A DNA stretch of 64,000 bases from an uncultured Sphingobacteriaceae bacterium (GTDB lineage Bacteria > Bacteroidota > Bacteroidia > Sphingobacteriales > Sphingobacteriaceae), in contig CAYNZH010000008.1 of NCBI GenBank assembly GCA_964401685.1, positions 2,217 through 66,216 of the forward strand. The letters run 5' to 3'. The stretch's first letter is position 1; the number at the start of each line of letters is the position of its first letter. A program made the position numbers and the translations under genes. This document shows, in pieces, positions 18,578 to 26,829 of this stretch. The notes under the pieces were generated by a model that did not search any database, was not told where the DNA came from, and worked only from the letters and a program-made list of their open reading frames with translations.

Positions 18578-19027
18578 ATGATGAAAGTTGTTTTGGGTAT
18601 TTTTTTGTTAGCAGCACTATGGAGCTGCGGTTCTACAGAGGAGCGGCAGGACCAATTTGTTCAGAGCGATGTCGCGGAAGCTGCGTCGGAGTCAAACCAT
18701 GTTGGTGCAGACGCTGTGTTTTCGGCGACTGAAGACTCCTACGATTTCGGAGTGATTACAGAGGGAGAAAAAGCATCTCACGTATTTGAGTTCAGCAATA
18801 ATGGCACGGAACCTTTGATTATAAATGAGGTTTCCGCTTCTTGCGGGTGTACTACGCCGTCGTTTTCGCGTACCCCAATTGCTCCTGGACAAAAGGGTTC
18901 TATTGAGGTTGTCTACGACTCCGCGGGCCAGGCTCCCGGGAAGCAGCACAAGGTCATTGTCGTTTCTACCAATGCACGCGAAAAAATTCAGACGCTGCAC
19001 CTTCGGGGTGAAGTTATTCCTAAGTAA
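18578..19027 (+). CDS. DUF1573 domain-containing lipoprotein
   Basis: 149 aa with lipobox LAALWSC|GS. FGVITEGEKASHVFEFSNNG...SASCGCTTP...GSIEVVYD pattern of DUF1573. Confidence 0.75.
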   Translation: MMKVVLGIFLLAALWSCGSTEERQDQFVQSDVAEAASESNHVGADAVFSATEDSYDFGVITEGEKASHVFEFSNNGTEPLIINEVSASCGCTTPSFSRTPIAPGQKGSIEVVYDSAGQAPGKQHKVIVVSTNAREKIQTLHLRGEVIPK

Positions 19028-19032
19028 ATTTG
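19025..19032 (+). promoter_or_regulatory. possible internal -7 box TAAATTTG for yajC
   Basis: TAnnTTTG match overlapping the DUF1573 stop codon, 29 nt upstream of ATG 19062. Confidence 0.4.
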
Positions 19033-19061
19033 TTTATACCAATTTTTTTAATTAATTTTAT

Positions 19062-19370
19062 ATGATAACAAGCATTTTATTGCAAGCAAACGGTGGGGGG
19101 ATGCTCGGTTTCCTTCCGATGATTTTGATTATTGTGGTTTTTTACTTCTTTTTGATTCGTCCGCAGATGAAAAAAGCAAAGGATCACAAGAAATATATAG
19201 AAGCCCTGAAAGTAAACGACAAAGTCGTCACTACAGCTGGAATTCACGGAAGAATCGTCGAGATCGCCGACACCACCTTCTTGATTGACGTCGGTAGCGG
19301 CGTAAAGATGCGTTTTGACAGGACTGCAGTATCCTTGGACGCAAGCAAATCTCAAGAAACAAAAGCCTGA
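19062..19370 (+). CDS. yajC: preprotein translocase subunit YajC
   Basis: 102 aa with a single TM. FFLIRPQMKKAKDHKKYIEALKVNDKVVTTAGIHGRIVEI YajC signature. Confidence 0.85.
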   Translation: MITSILLQANGGGMLGFLPMILIIVVFYFFLIRPQMKKAKDHKKYIEALKVNDKVVTTAGIHGRIVEIADTTFLIDVGSGVKMRFDRTAVSLDASKSQETKA

Positions 19371-19389
19371 TCCAGGTTTCAGATGTTTA

Positions 19390-19437
19390 AAAACGCCTGG
19401 TTCCTGTTTTTTGGGTGCCGGGCGTTTTTAGTTTTTT
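19390..19437 (+). terminator. rho-independent terminator after yajC
   Basis: AAAACGCCTGG (19390-19400) pairs with CCGGGCGTTTT (19418-19428) with one G-U, followed by TAGTTTTTT. Confidence 0.6.
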
Positions 19438-19442
19438 AGGCA

Positions 19443-20381
19443 ATGGCTTTAGACAATTCTCAGCGACGCAAATTGAGCATTTTTGTAAAATGCTTGATCT
19501 TCTCGGTTATTGCGTGGATGCTTTTCGCAATATCTAATCTGTATGTCTATACCAAGCCGGTCGGCCTTATTTATACTAATGTTCCTGAAAGTCGTGCTTT
19601 CAGGCCACTACAGCCCGATAGTGCCCTTCTGAGAATAGAAGCTTCCGGCTGGCAGCTTCTCTTTTCCTCTATTTTACGGGAAGAAAAAACGGTGGACGTG
19701 GATCTCAGCGGTCTCATCGAACGGGAGTGGATCGTGTTCTCAAACCAGATCGGTTATATCAACCGTCAGTTTCCATCCAACCAGCGTGTTGTTTCCCTTT
19801 CGCCGGATACCTTGTTCTTTGATTTTTCCACCCAGACCGAAAAGAAAGTTCCCGTCGTCGTGCGCCACGATCTTCAGTTTGATCGCCAGTTTGGTCTGAT
19901 AGACAGGCCCCAACTTTCTTCGGAATATGTTACAGTCAGGGGAGCGTCTGAGGAAATTGCTGCCATTGACTATGTTGCAACCGATACGCTTCGGGCAAAA
20001 GGCATTGACGGAAGTGTGCGCCATACCCTGGGTCTGGACGTACGCAACTATGATAATGTCAAAGTCTTGCCCGCTCATATAGATGTACTTTTTCCTGTTG
20101 GTGAACTCACTGAGAAAATCCTTCAAATCCCTATTTCCGTAGTGAACGATGATGTGGTAAGATCCGTTAAAGTCCTTCCAAGTAAAGTGAGTCTGACAGT
20201 TCTGGTATCTTTACGGGATTACACCTCCCTGAGTAGTAGTGACTTTGAAGCTGTGGTGGATTTGAAATCATGGACCGACTGGCAGGTGGAGTCTCTACCC
20301 GTAACTATTACACGCAAACCTGAATTTTGCCAAATCGTTCGCATGGAACCTCAAAACGTAGATTTTTTTGTCAACAACTAA
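19443..20381 (+). CDS. YbbR-like domain-containing membrane-anchored protein
   Basis: 312 aa with an N-terminal TM then repeated beta-rich modules. Occupies the yajC-to-coaE position where YbbR-like genes sit in Bacteroidota. Assignment is tentative. Confidence 0.5.
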   Translation: MALDNSQRRKLSIFVKCLIFSVIAWMLFAISNLYVYTKPVGLIYTNVPESRAFRPLQPDSALLRIEASGWQLLFSSILREEKTVDVDLSGLIEREWIVFSNQIGYINRQFPSNQRVVSLSPDTLFFDFSTQTEKKVPVVVRHDLQFDRQFGLIDRPQLSSEYVTVRGASEEIAAIDYVATDTLRAKGIDGSVRHTLGLDVRNYDNVKVLPAHIDVLFPVGELTEKILQIPISVVNDDVVRSVKVLPSKVSLTVLVSLRDYTSLSSSDFEAVVDLKSWTDWQVESLPVTITRKPEFCQIVRMEPQNVDFFVNN

Positions 20382-20999
20382 ATGGAGAATGCACGTCATA
20401 TGCTAAGAATTGGAATTACCGGAGGCATTGGAAGTGGTAAATCGACCGTTTGTCGTGTTTTCAACAGCCTAGGTATCCCCACTTTTGATGCCGACGCCGT
20501 AGGAAAGTCCATAATGACTACCAATTCTCACCTCATGATGCGGATTAAAGAAGTTTTTGGCCCCGAATCTTATGACGAAAACGGTCAGCTGAACAGGGCT
20601 TTTCTTGCGGCACAGGTGTTCAACGACGACACTGCGCTTCAGCAGTTAAACGCGCTTGTTCATCCAGTAGTGATCGCAGCGGGCAATAGCTGGTTCGAAC
20701 GCCAGCATAACGTTCCTTATGCGTTAAAAGAAGCGGCTCTCTTGTTCGAAAGCGGATCCTATAAAGCCCACGATTACAACATCCTCGTCTACGCCTCAGA
20801 AGAAGTGCGCATTCAAAGAGTCATGGCGCGGGACCGGGTCGGCGCAGAGCAAGTAAGGCAACGTATTGCAAAGCAAATGCCCGAACAGGAAAAAAAGTCG
20901 CTCGCCGATTTTCTCATCGACAACGACGGAACCCAGCCCCTTATTCCCCAGGTCATGAAGTTGCATGAACATTTTATAGGTCTTTCTAAACATGCCTGA
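20382..20999 (+). CDS. coaE: dephospho-CoA kinase
   Basis: IGITGGIGSGKSTVCRVF P-loop and DADAV motif. Length 205 aa. Confidence 0.9.
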   Translation: MENARHMLRIGITGGIGSGKSTVCRVFNSLGIPTFDADAVGKSIMTTNSHLMMRIKEVFGPESYDENGQLNRAFLAAQVFNDDTALQQLNALVHPVVIAAGNSWFERQHNVPYALKEAALLFESGSYKAHDYNILVYASEEVRIQRVMARDRVGAEQVRQRIAKQMPEQEKKSLADFLIDNDGTQPLIPQVMKLHEHFIGLSKHA

Positions 21000-21939
21000 G
21001 ATTCTGAATGATTTCCTGGTGCGACAAAACAGCGGGTTTTATTGCCGATACGGCGACTTTTACATAGATCCCTTACTTCCCGTCCCACGCGCTGTGATAT
21101 CACACGGCCATGGGGACCATGCCACCCCTGGGCACAGCGTAAACTTCTGTACCGCACCTACGGAAGCCATTATGAGCTACCGATATTCCAAAGTGCACTT
21201 GCATCAATTTTCCGTCCACGCTTATGATCAACCGTTCGAGATCGGCGGCGTACGACTAAGATTCATTCCCGCAGGCCATATGCTCGGATCCGCACAAATT
21301 CTGATGGAATTTCAGGGAGTTCGCTATCTGTATTCAGGAGACATCAAATTGCAAGAAGATGCTACCTGCGAACCGCTCCACTTTGTCAAGGCCGATGTTC
21401 TGATCACAGAGAGCACATTCGCCGATCCCCAAGTCATCCATCCCGACCCAGTCGGTGAAATCCAAAAGCTCAATAGCGTCCAGCAAAATATCATGCTCGG
21501 GACTTATTCCCTTGGTAAAGCCCAAAGACTGACCCGGCTAATCACGCAGTACTGCCCCAGCAAAGACCTTCTGATCCATCGCGGAATCCTGCCCTTTCAT
21601 CACCTCTACAAAAGTTTTGGTTTTGATCCCGGCAGCTTCGCGCCTTACAACCGCAAGGATATGAAAGCCGTGCCGCCCAACAAGATATACTTGGTCCCGC
21701 CTATGACCTTTAGATCATACCTAAGGGCAAAAAACGTGGTGCGTGCCTTTGCTTCAGGGTGGAAGCACCTACAGCAAAATAATGCCCTTTCCGTTTTGAT
21801 CTCCGACCACGTTGATTGGCCGGATCTCATGAGGTATATAGATAGCGTCTCACCTAAAGAGCTATGGACCGTACACGGAGAAGGAAAGCATCTGAAGCAG
21901 TATTTCCAAGGACATATTCCAGTCAAAACCATCGACTGA
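20992..21939 (+). CDS. MBL-fold/beta-CASP exonuclease of the ligase-associated DNA damage response type
   Basis: GFYCRYGDFYIDPLLPVPRAVISHGHGDHATPGH, FIPAGHMLGSAQI, SGDIK, ITESTF, LGKAQR, AFASGW, ISDHVDW. This order of motifs matches my recollection of the ligase-associated exonuclease family. Confidence 0.65.
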   Translation: MPEILNDFLVRQNSGFYCRYGDFYIDPLLPVPRAVISHGHGDHATPGHSVNFCTAPTEAIMSYRYSKVHLHQFSVHAYDQPFEIGGVRLRFIPAGHMLGSAQILMEFQGVRYLYSGDIKLQEDATCEPLHFVKADVLITESTFADPQVIHPDPVGEIQKLNSVQQNIMLGTYSLGKAQRLTRLITQYCPSKDLLIHRGILPFHHLYKSFGFDPGSFAPYNRKDMKAVPPNKIYLVPPMTFRSYLRAKNVVRAFASGWKHLQQNNALSVLISDHVDWPDLMRYIDSVSPKELWTVHGEGKHLKQYFQGHIPVKTID

Positions 21940-22905
21940 TTACTCGTGCCATTCCTCCCTTCCCAGAATTCGCTTTCCATCGGCGGATACCTTTATTGTG
22001 TCCAAGAGCGCTGCATCATCAATGAGGCTGATTAGATCTGGCTGTCCCGCATCTACCCAGGCGGAGAACCAAAAGCTTGCCACTTGCCGAATTGATTCCC
22101 GCATCCTACGTTCCACCATGCCCCTCAGGCCGTCATGGTAAGCGACAGTGTAAGCTTCAGAATAGTTGCGATTGGCGACAAGATTCCTTTCGACGAAGGC
22201 ATACTTTCGGTCCAATCTAAAAGACTGATCGAGCTCTTTTTCAACGGTGAGCACAGAATCGACCAGGCGGTGACTTTCCTGAATAATGTGCCATGCCGCA
22301 TCCAGCGGGGATCCTATATACTTGGCGCGGCCCACAAAAAAATCATAGTCCCGGGCGAACCTTTCGGGTAGGCGGCTTTCCCAAAAAGCATGAATCCCCC
22401 GTTGATTGGTCATATGTCCGTTGTAGTTTTGTGTCGTATGCAAGGGGACGTGGGCATCGGCGACATAGTGTCCCAAGTCAGCGGAATGTCTCAGAATCCC
22501 ACGGAGATCCTTATTTGCAAAGGAAAACGTGAGCTGTCTGTAACTTCGCTCAATTTGCCAGGGAATGATCCCCGTCGCTAGAAGTCTCCTTTCAGAAAAC
22601 TTTTCTGTCGCGGCCTTCCAGGGTAAAGGAGCAGAGAGCGCCCCGTCCTCACCCTCATACAATGCGTCCAAATCAATATAGTGACGGGGCGACTCTGCTG
22701 TATCCACATAACATCGCTTATCTGCAGCCACAGCGTTTTCGACAATGTACTCCATATGTTGCCGGTAAAACTGGCTGAGATTTACAGGCAAAGAGAATAT
22801 GGCTTGGCGATTGATTTGTTTATGGGCAAAAAAACCCCAAGACGAGCACATCAAAACAACAATAACCAAGACAAATCCCCTTAAAATACTATTTCTATTC
22901 GCCAT
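21940..22905 (-). CDS. zinc-dependent phospholipase C / P1-nuclease superfamily hydrolase
   Basis: WGFFAHKQINRQA and LGHYVADAHVPLHTT...GIHAFWES zinc-ligand pattern. Start set to ATG 22905 (MANRNS); the track start 22932 is the TTG of the -7 box. Confidence 0.6.
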   Translation of the reverse strand: MANRNSILRGFVLVIVVLMCSSWGFFAHKQINRQAIFSLPVNLSQFYRQHMEYIVENAVAADKRCYVDTAESPRHYIDLDALYEGEDGALSAPLPWKAATEKFSERRLLATGIIPWQIERSYRQLTFSFANKDLRGILRHSADLGHYVADAHVPLHTTQNYNGHMTNQRGIHAFWESRLPERFARDYDFFVGRAKYIGSPLDAAWHIIQESHRLVDSVLTVEKELDQSFRLDRKYAFVERNLVANRNYSEAYTVAYHDGLRGMVERRMRESIRQVASFWFSAWVDAGQPDLISLIDDAALLDTIKVSADGKRILGREEWHE

Positions 22906-22929
22906 ACTCAATTTACCCTTCCTGCTGTG

Positions 22930-22937
22930 CAAATATA
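22930..22937 (-). promoter_or_regulatory. sigmaA -7 box TATATTTG for the PLC/P1-nuclease-like gene
   Basis: TAnnTTTG match, 24 nt upstream of ATG 22905. Confidence 0.55.
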
Positions 22938-23006
22938 AGTATATAATAAGATTATTTTATTCTTTTAAATTAAAAATTTACTAACAAGTTTTTAACAATT
23001 ATTTCT

Positions 23007-23014
23007 TAGCTTTG
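23007..23014 (+). promoter_or_regulatory. sigmaA -7 box TAGCTTTG for the glycosyltransferase gene
   Basis: TAnnTTTG match, 13 nt upstream of ATG 23028, in an AT-rich divergent intergenic region. Confidence 0.55.
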
Positions 23015-23027
23015 CATAGAACGAGCG

Positions 23028-24017
23028 ATGAAGGTATTGTATGCCATACAAGGAACAGGGAACGGACACCTAAGCAGGGCATTCGATATAGCGCCTTGCC
23101 TGCAAAAGCGGGCCGAGGTAGATATATTGGTGAGTGGGACCCAGGCAGACTTAAAACTGCCCTTCGAGGTGAAGTATCGTCTGACTGGTCTAAGCTTTGT
23201 TTTTGGAAAGGCCGGTGGAGTAGACCTATGGGCAACCTTTATGAAAGCGCGCATTAGACGCTTAATTTCGGAAATCAACGCGCTTCCCGTAGAGAATTAC
23301 GATTTAGTCATCTCAGATTTTGAGCCGGTTTCAGCCTGGGCTTGTAATCTCCGGGATAAACTATGTATTGGATTGAGCCACCAAGTCGGGGCTTTGGATC
23401 CCATGGCACCCAAAGCACAGGAAGTCGATCTTATGGGTCGGTTCATCATGAAAAATTACGCGCCCACACCCATTGGGTATGGCTTTCATTTTAGGGCCTA
23501 TTCTCCGCAAACTTATACACCACTCATCCGCCAGCAGATTCGCCAACTAAAACCTTCAGACCGTGGGCATTATACGGTTTATCTGCCAGCGTACGACGAT
23601 CAGCGATTATTGGAAAATCTGAGCCAGTTTCCGGACACCGTCTGGCACGTGTTTTCCAAGCACAACAAAACCCCGGTCAGCTATGGCAACGTCACGGTGC
23701 GGCCTATTGAGAGCGAGCCCTTTGTTGAGAGTCTTGCGCACTCGCGGGGAGTACTTTGTGGTGCGGGATTTGAAACTCCAGCTGAAGCCCTGTTTCTAGG
23801 AAAAAAGCTGATGGTCATTCCGATGAAAAACCAATACGAACAGCATTTGAACGCAGTTGCGCTCACCGAATTAGGCATCCCAATACTCCCTTCATTGAAC
23901 GAAAAGCATTACGGGTTGTTGAGAAATTGGCTTGATGAACCCCAATATATTGCGGTGAACTATCCTGATCAGACTCAATCGATTGTGGACGAAATTTTAA
24001 ATCGCTATGGTGCATGA
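23028..24017 (+). CDS. glycosyltransferase, MJ1255/TIGR00661-like (GT-B, GT28/MurG-related)
   Basis: MKVLYAIQGTGNGHLSRA N-terminus and C-terminal GVLCGAGFETPAEALFLGKKLMVIPMKNQYEQHLNA nucleotide-sugar binding pattern. Confidence 0.65.
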   Translation: MKVLYAIQGTGNGHLSRAFDIAPCLQKRAEVDILVSGTQADLKLPFEVKYRLTGLSFVFGKAGGVDLWATFMKARIRRLISEINALPVENYDLVISDFEPVSAWACNLRDKLCIGLSHQVGALDPMAPKAQEVDLMGRFIMKNYAPTPIGYGFHFRAYSPQTYTPLIRQQIRQLKPSDRGHYTVYLPAYDDQRLLENLSQFPDTVWHVFSKHNKTPVSYGNVTVRPIESEPFVESLAHSRGVLCGAGFETPAEALFLGKKLMVIPMKNQYEQHLNAVALTELGIPILPSLNEKHYGLLRNWLDEPQYIAVNYPDQTQSIVDEILNRYGA

Positions 24018-24085
24018 AGTTGTGAAACCAGCCGAATTTCTGGCATAGTTTTTACAGGTGATTATATCATGCTCAACTAGATACA

Positions 24086-24790
24086 GTGAACGAATTTTTA
24101 GATTTTTTTAATGGTTTGACCGATCCCGAATGGATCGTAGAACACGGTGGACTATATTTATTATTATTCATAATATTTGCAGAAACTGGAATCTTCATAG
24201 GCTTTTTCCTTCCCGGGGATCCCATATTGTTTATTGCCGGAATTATTATCGCAAATCTTCCTTTGGCACCAGCTGAGTCGGCCGTTACCCTCCTTTATTG
24301 GATTGGTGCCATGTCCCTCGCTGGCATTCTAGGCAATTTTGTGGGCTATTGGACAGGGAAGAAGTTTGGGGTATACCTCCTTCAGCGCGAAGACACCTGG
24401 ATTTATAAGAAAAAGCACCTTCGGAAAGCCGAGGAATTTTACCATCGCCGAGGCGGAGGAGCTATTATTCTCGCACGTTTTCTACCCATAGTCCGGACTT
24501 TTGCGCCCATTATTGCCGGAATTGTAGGGATGGATTTCAAGAAATTTGTATTTTACAATATTACTGGTGGGATTTTATGGGTAGGAAGTTTGGTGACGCT
24601 GGGATACATGCTCGGTGAGAATACCTGGGTCAAAAGCAATTTGGAATATGTGATTTTGGCCATCGTTCTGCTTGCTACCAGTCCTGTATTGATCAAAATG
24701 TTCAGCGGGAAGAAGGAAACCCCTGCGCAGGAGCCGGTTCATGCTCAGGAAGAAAACAAAGAAGTAGATGAGGAGGTCGAACAAATTTAA
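24086..24790 (+). CDS. DedA family (VTT domain) membrane protein
   Basis: FAETGIFIGFFLPGDPILFIAG and ILARFLPIVRTFAPIIAG motifs. GTG start; the upstream ATG frame hits a stop. Confidence 0.85.
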   Translation: MNEFLDFFNGLTDPEWIVEHGGLYLLLFIIFAETGIFIGFFLPGDPILFIAGIIIANLPLAPAESAVTLLYWIGAMSLAGILGNFVGYWTGKKFGVYLLQREDTWIYKKKHLRKAEEFYHRRGGGAIILARFLPIVRTFAPIIAGIVGMDFKKFVFYNITGGILWVGSLVTLGYMLGENTWVKSNLEYVILAIVLLATSPVLIKMFSGKKETPAQEPVHAQEENKEVDEEVEQI

Positions 24791-25682
24791 TAGTTCCTTA
24801 CGCCCACTGAGTTTGGGCTGTATGTCACTGGATCCCCATGATCCGGAGAGCCTGGACATTATAAGCCGGGCCATAGAACTTGGCATAAATTATCTCGACA
24901 CGGCCGACCTCTACGATCGAGGCTATAACGAGGAAATGGTTGGCCGGGCAATACGGAGCCAAAGGCACAACCTCTTCGTATCGACAAAGGTCGGCAACCG
25001 CCTCCGGGCATCCGGGGACGGCTGGGACTGGGCGCCATCAAAGAAATACCTACTATCTGCTGTGGAAGAGAGCCTTCGGCGGCTAAAAACGGATTATATA
25101 GATCTCTATATGTTGCACGGAGGGACCAAAGAAGACCCCTTTGACGAGATCGTTGAAGCCTTTGAACGCCTGATCGAGCAAGGCAAGATCCGCGGCTACG
25201 GCTTGTCCTCTATTCGCCCCAATGTGATTCAGCGATACCTGACCCAATCCAATATATCCGCATTGATGATGCCCTACAGTGTGTTGGACAGACGCGCTGA
25301 TACCCTAACTCCCTTTCTACAAGACAGTGGGATTGAGCTGATTGGAAGAGGTGCACTGGCTCAAGGATTACTCACAGGAAAGCAAAGCCGAGCCTATCTG
25401 CAGTACAGTGCCACGAAGGTAGAACATATACAGACCGAGCTCTGGAAGCTGGCAAGAAGTAACGATCTCAGTCCGATAGAGATGGCCATTGGTTATGCGT
25501 TGTCCAACAAGCAGATGAGCACACTGGTTCTGGGTATTAGGACCCAAGCACAATTGGACGATGTCGCACCTCTTTTGGCGAAAATGCAAAGTGGGCAGAA
25601 TAGCCTACGCCTGCAACCGCAGATCTGCCAGCAAGTTGATGAGATCCTGAGCCCACAGTTTTTTACCGAACATCTGGAGTGA
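24768..25682 (+). CDS. aldo/keto reductase
   Basis: LGCMSL...INYLDTADLYDRGYNEEMVGRAI...FVSTKVG...YIDLYMLHG motifs. Overlaps the DedA 3' end by 23 nt. Confidence 0.85.
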   Translation: MRRSNKFNSSLRPLSLGCMSLDPHDPESLDIISRAIELGINYLDTADLYDRGYNEEMVGRAIRSQRHNLFVSTKVGNRLRASGDGWDWAPSKKYLLSAVEESLRRLKTDYIDLYMLHGGTKEDPFDEIVEAFERLIEQGKIRGYGLSSIRPNVIQRYLTQSNISALMMPYSVLDRRADTLTPFLQDSGIELIGRGALAQGLLTGKQSRAYLQYSATKVEHIQTELWKLARSNDLSPIEMAIGYALSNKQMSTLVLGIRTQAQLDDVAPLLAKMQSGQNSLRLQPQICQQVDEILSPQFFTEHLE

Positions 25683-25691
25683 TATTAATCT

Positions 25692-26546
25692 ATGTTGTGT
25701 ATTGTCAATTTTCTGATTACCGCACTTTGGTTGCAGCCCGAACCACCCTTTCCCGCGCAGGATAGTACAGCCTCTGTGGACGCAACGCTCAGCGTACAAA
25801 CCTATTCCTTTCAAAAATATTCCCTTTCAGAGGCCATGAGCATGGCAAAAGAGGCTGGTTTTCATTCGATTGAGGTGTTTGACAATCAAGATTTGTTTAC
25901 AAACGAGTCAGGGAAGTTTCATTTTACAATGTCCGCTGAGGAAAAAGAGAGAATTAAATTCTTGCTTCGGGAGCACGATCTTGAGTTACAGGCGTATGGA
26001 GTTGTTCATGCGCGAAGTGAAGGCGAATGGAGGGAGCTCTTTACGTTCGCCGCCGAGCTCGGTATTCCGTATCTGATCGTCGAGCCGGACGCCAAATTTA
26101 TGCCACTCATCGGGGTTTTGGCTAGCGAATCGGGGATTCATGTCGGGATCCACAACCATCCCAAACCTTCGCGATACTGGCATCCCGAGGAGATTGTTGA
26201 AGCCTTAGAATTGGCTGCCAGCCCATTTGTGGGCGCTTGTGCAGACGTCGGTCACTGGTTCAGGTCTGGGCTGGATCCTGTGGACTGTCTGAGGCAGCTC
26301 AGCGGGAGGGTAAACTCCCTGCATTTAAAGGATTTGGCGCGGGTAGGGTCTGAGTTTGAACACCGTGTTATAGGGGAGGGGGAGATTGATTTTAACGCGA
26401 TCGTTTTGGAGCTAGTCGAGCAGGGTTTCCGGGGAAATTTTTCCGTTGAGTACGAGGCTCAGTGGGAGGATAATGCGGAGCAGATTGCTCGGTCTTTGGG
26501 AAATTTTAGGGGAATTCTTTCTGTCAATGGATTGATTTCCAGGTAG
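25692..26546 (+). CDS. sugar phosphate isomerase/epimerase (xylose isomerase-like TIM barrel)
   Basis: 284 aa. AKEAGFHSIEVF...GIHVGIHNHP...ADVGHW...LHLKD metal-ligand pattern of the AP endonuclease 2/xylose isomerase-like fold. Confidence 0.7.
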   Translation: MLCIVNFLITALWLQPEPPFPAQDSTASVDATLSVQTYSFQKYSLSEAMSMAKEAGFHSIEVFDNQDLFTNESGKFHFTMSAEEKERIKFLLREHDLELQAYGVVHARSEGEWRELFTFAAELGIPYLIVEPDAKFMPLIGVLASESGIHVGIHNHPKPSRYWHPEEIVEALELAASPFVGACADVGHWFRSGLDPVDCLRQLSGRVNSLHLKDLARVGSEFEHRVIGEGEIDFNAIVLELVEQGFRGNFSVEYEAQWEDNAEQIARSLGNFRGILSVNGLISR

Positions 26547-26557
26547 GACGCGGTGCG

Positions 26558-26608
26558 AAACACAGCATTTTAGCCATTTTTTGGAAAAGAGGCTAAAATG
26601 CTGTGTTT
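26558..26608. terminator. bidirectional terminator between the isomerase gene and the acidic ORF
   Basis: Perfect 18-bp inverted repeat: AAACACAGCATTTTAGCC (26558-26575) with GGCTAAAATGCTGTGTTT (26591-26608). The 15-nt loop can pair further. A T-rich run follows on the plus strand. Confidence 0.75.
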
Positions 26609-26613
26609 TTCTC

Positions 26614-26793
26614 TTAGAAATCGTCGTCGTCGAAGTCATCGAAATCGTCGACATCATCCAGATCAAAGTCCTCGTCATCATCAAAGACCAAATCATTGCC
26701 CTCGTCATCGTCATCGGGTCCCAAGTGGTTTGCGATATCCAACTCCTCCGTTAAAAGCTCAAAATCCTCACTTTGAATCATCATTTTTTTCAT
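26614..26793 (-). CDS. hyperacidic 59-aa protein of unknown function (below the ORF-track cutoff)
   Basis: Own translation: MKKMMIQSEDFELLTEELDIANHLGPDDDDEGNDLVFDDDEDFDLDDVDDFDDFDDDDF. ATG start, TATTTTTG box 74 nt upstream, stop 5 nt before an 18-bp hairpin. Coding status is unproven. Confidence 0.5.
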   Translation of the reverse strand: MKKMMIQSEDFELLTEELDIANHLGPDDDDEGNDLVFDDDEDFDLDDVDDFDDFDDDDF

Positions 26794-26829
26794 ATTAATG
26801 CTTCCTTGAAATATGTTGTTTGCTTGGCT

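Noticed and set aside
26412-26798. Plus-strand 66-aa Arg/His-rich ORF (26598-26798) and minus-strand 100-aa ORF (26412-26714) overlapping the acidic ORF region.
   Set aside because: The plus-strand ORF is the mirror image of the Asp-rich frame and starts inside the 3' arm of the terminator hairpin. The 100-aa ORF runs through that hairpin and into the 3' end of the convergent isomerase gene. Neither has a promoter box or a sensible start context. The 59-aa minus-strand frame is the more plausible coding frame, although it is unproven.
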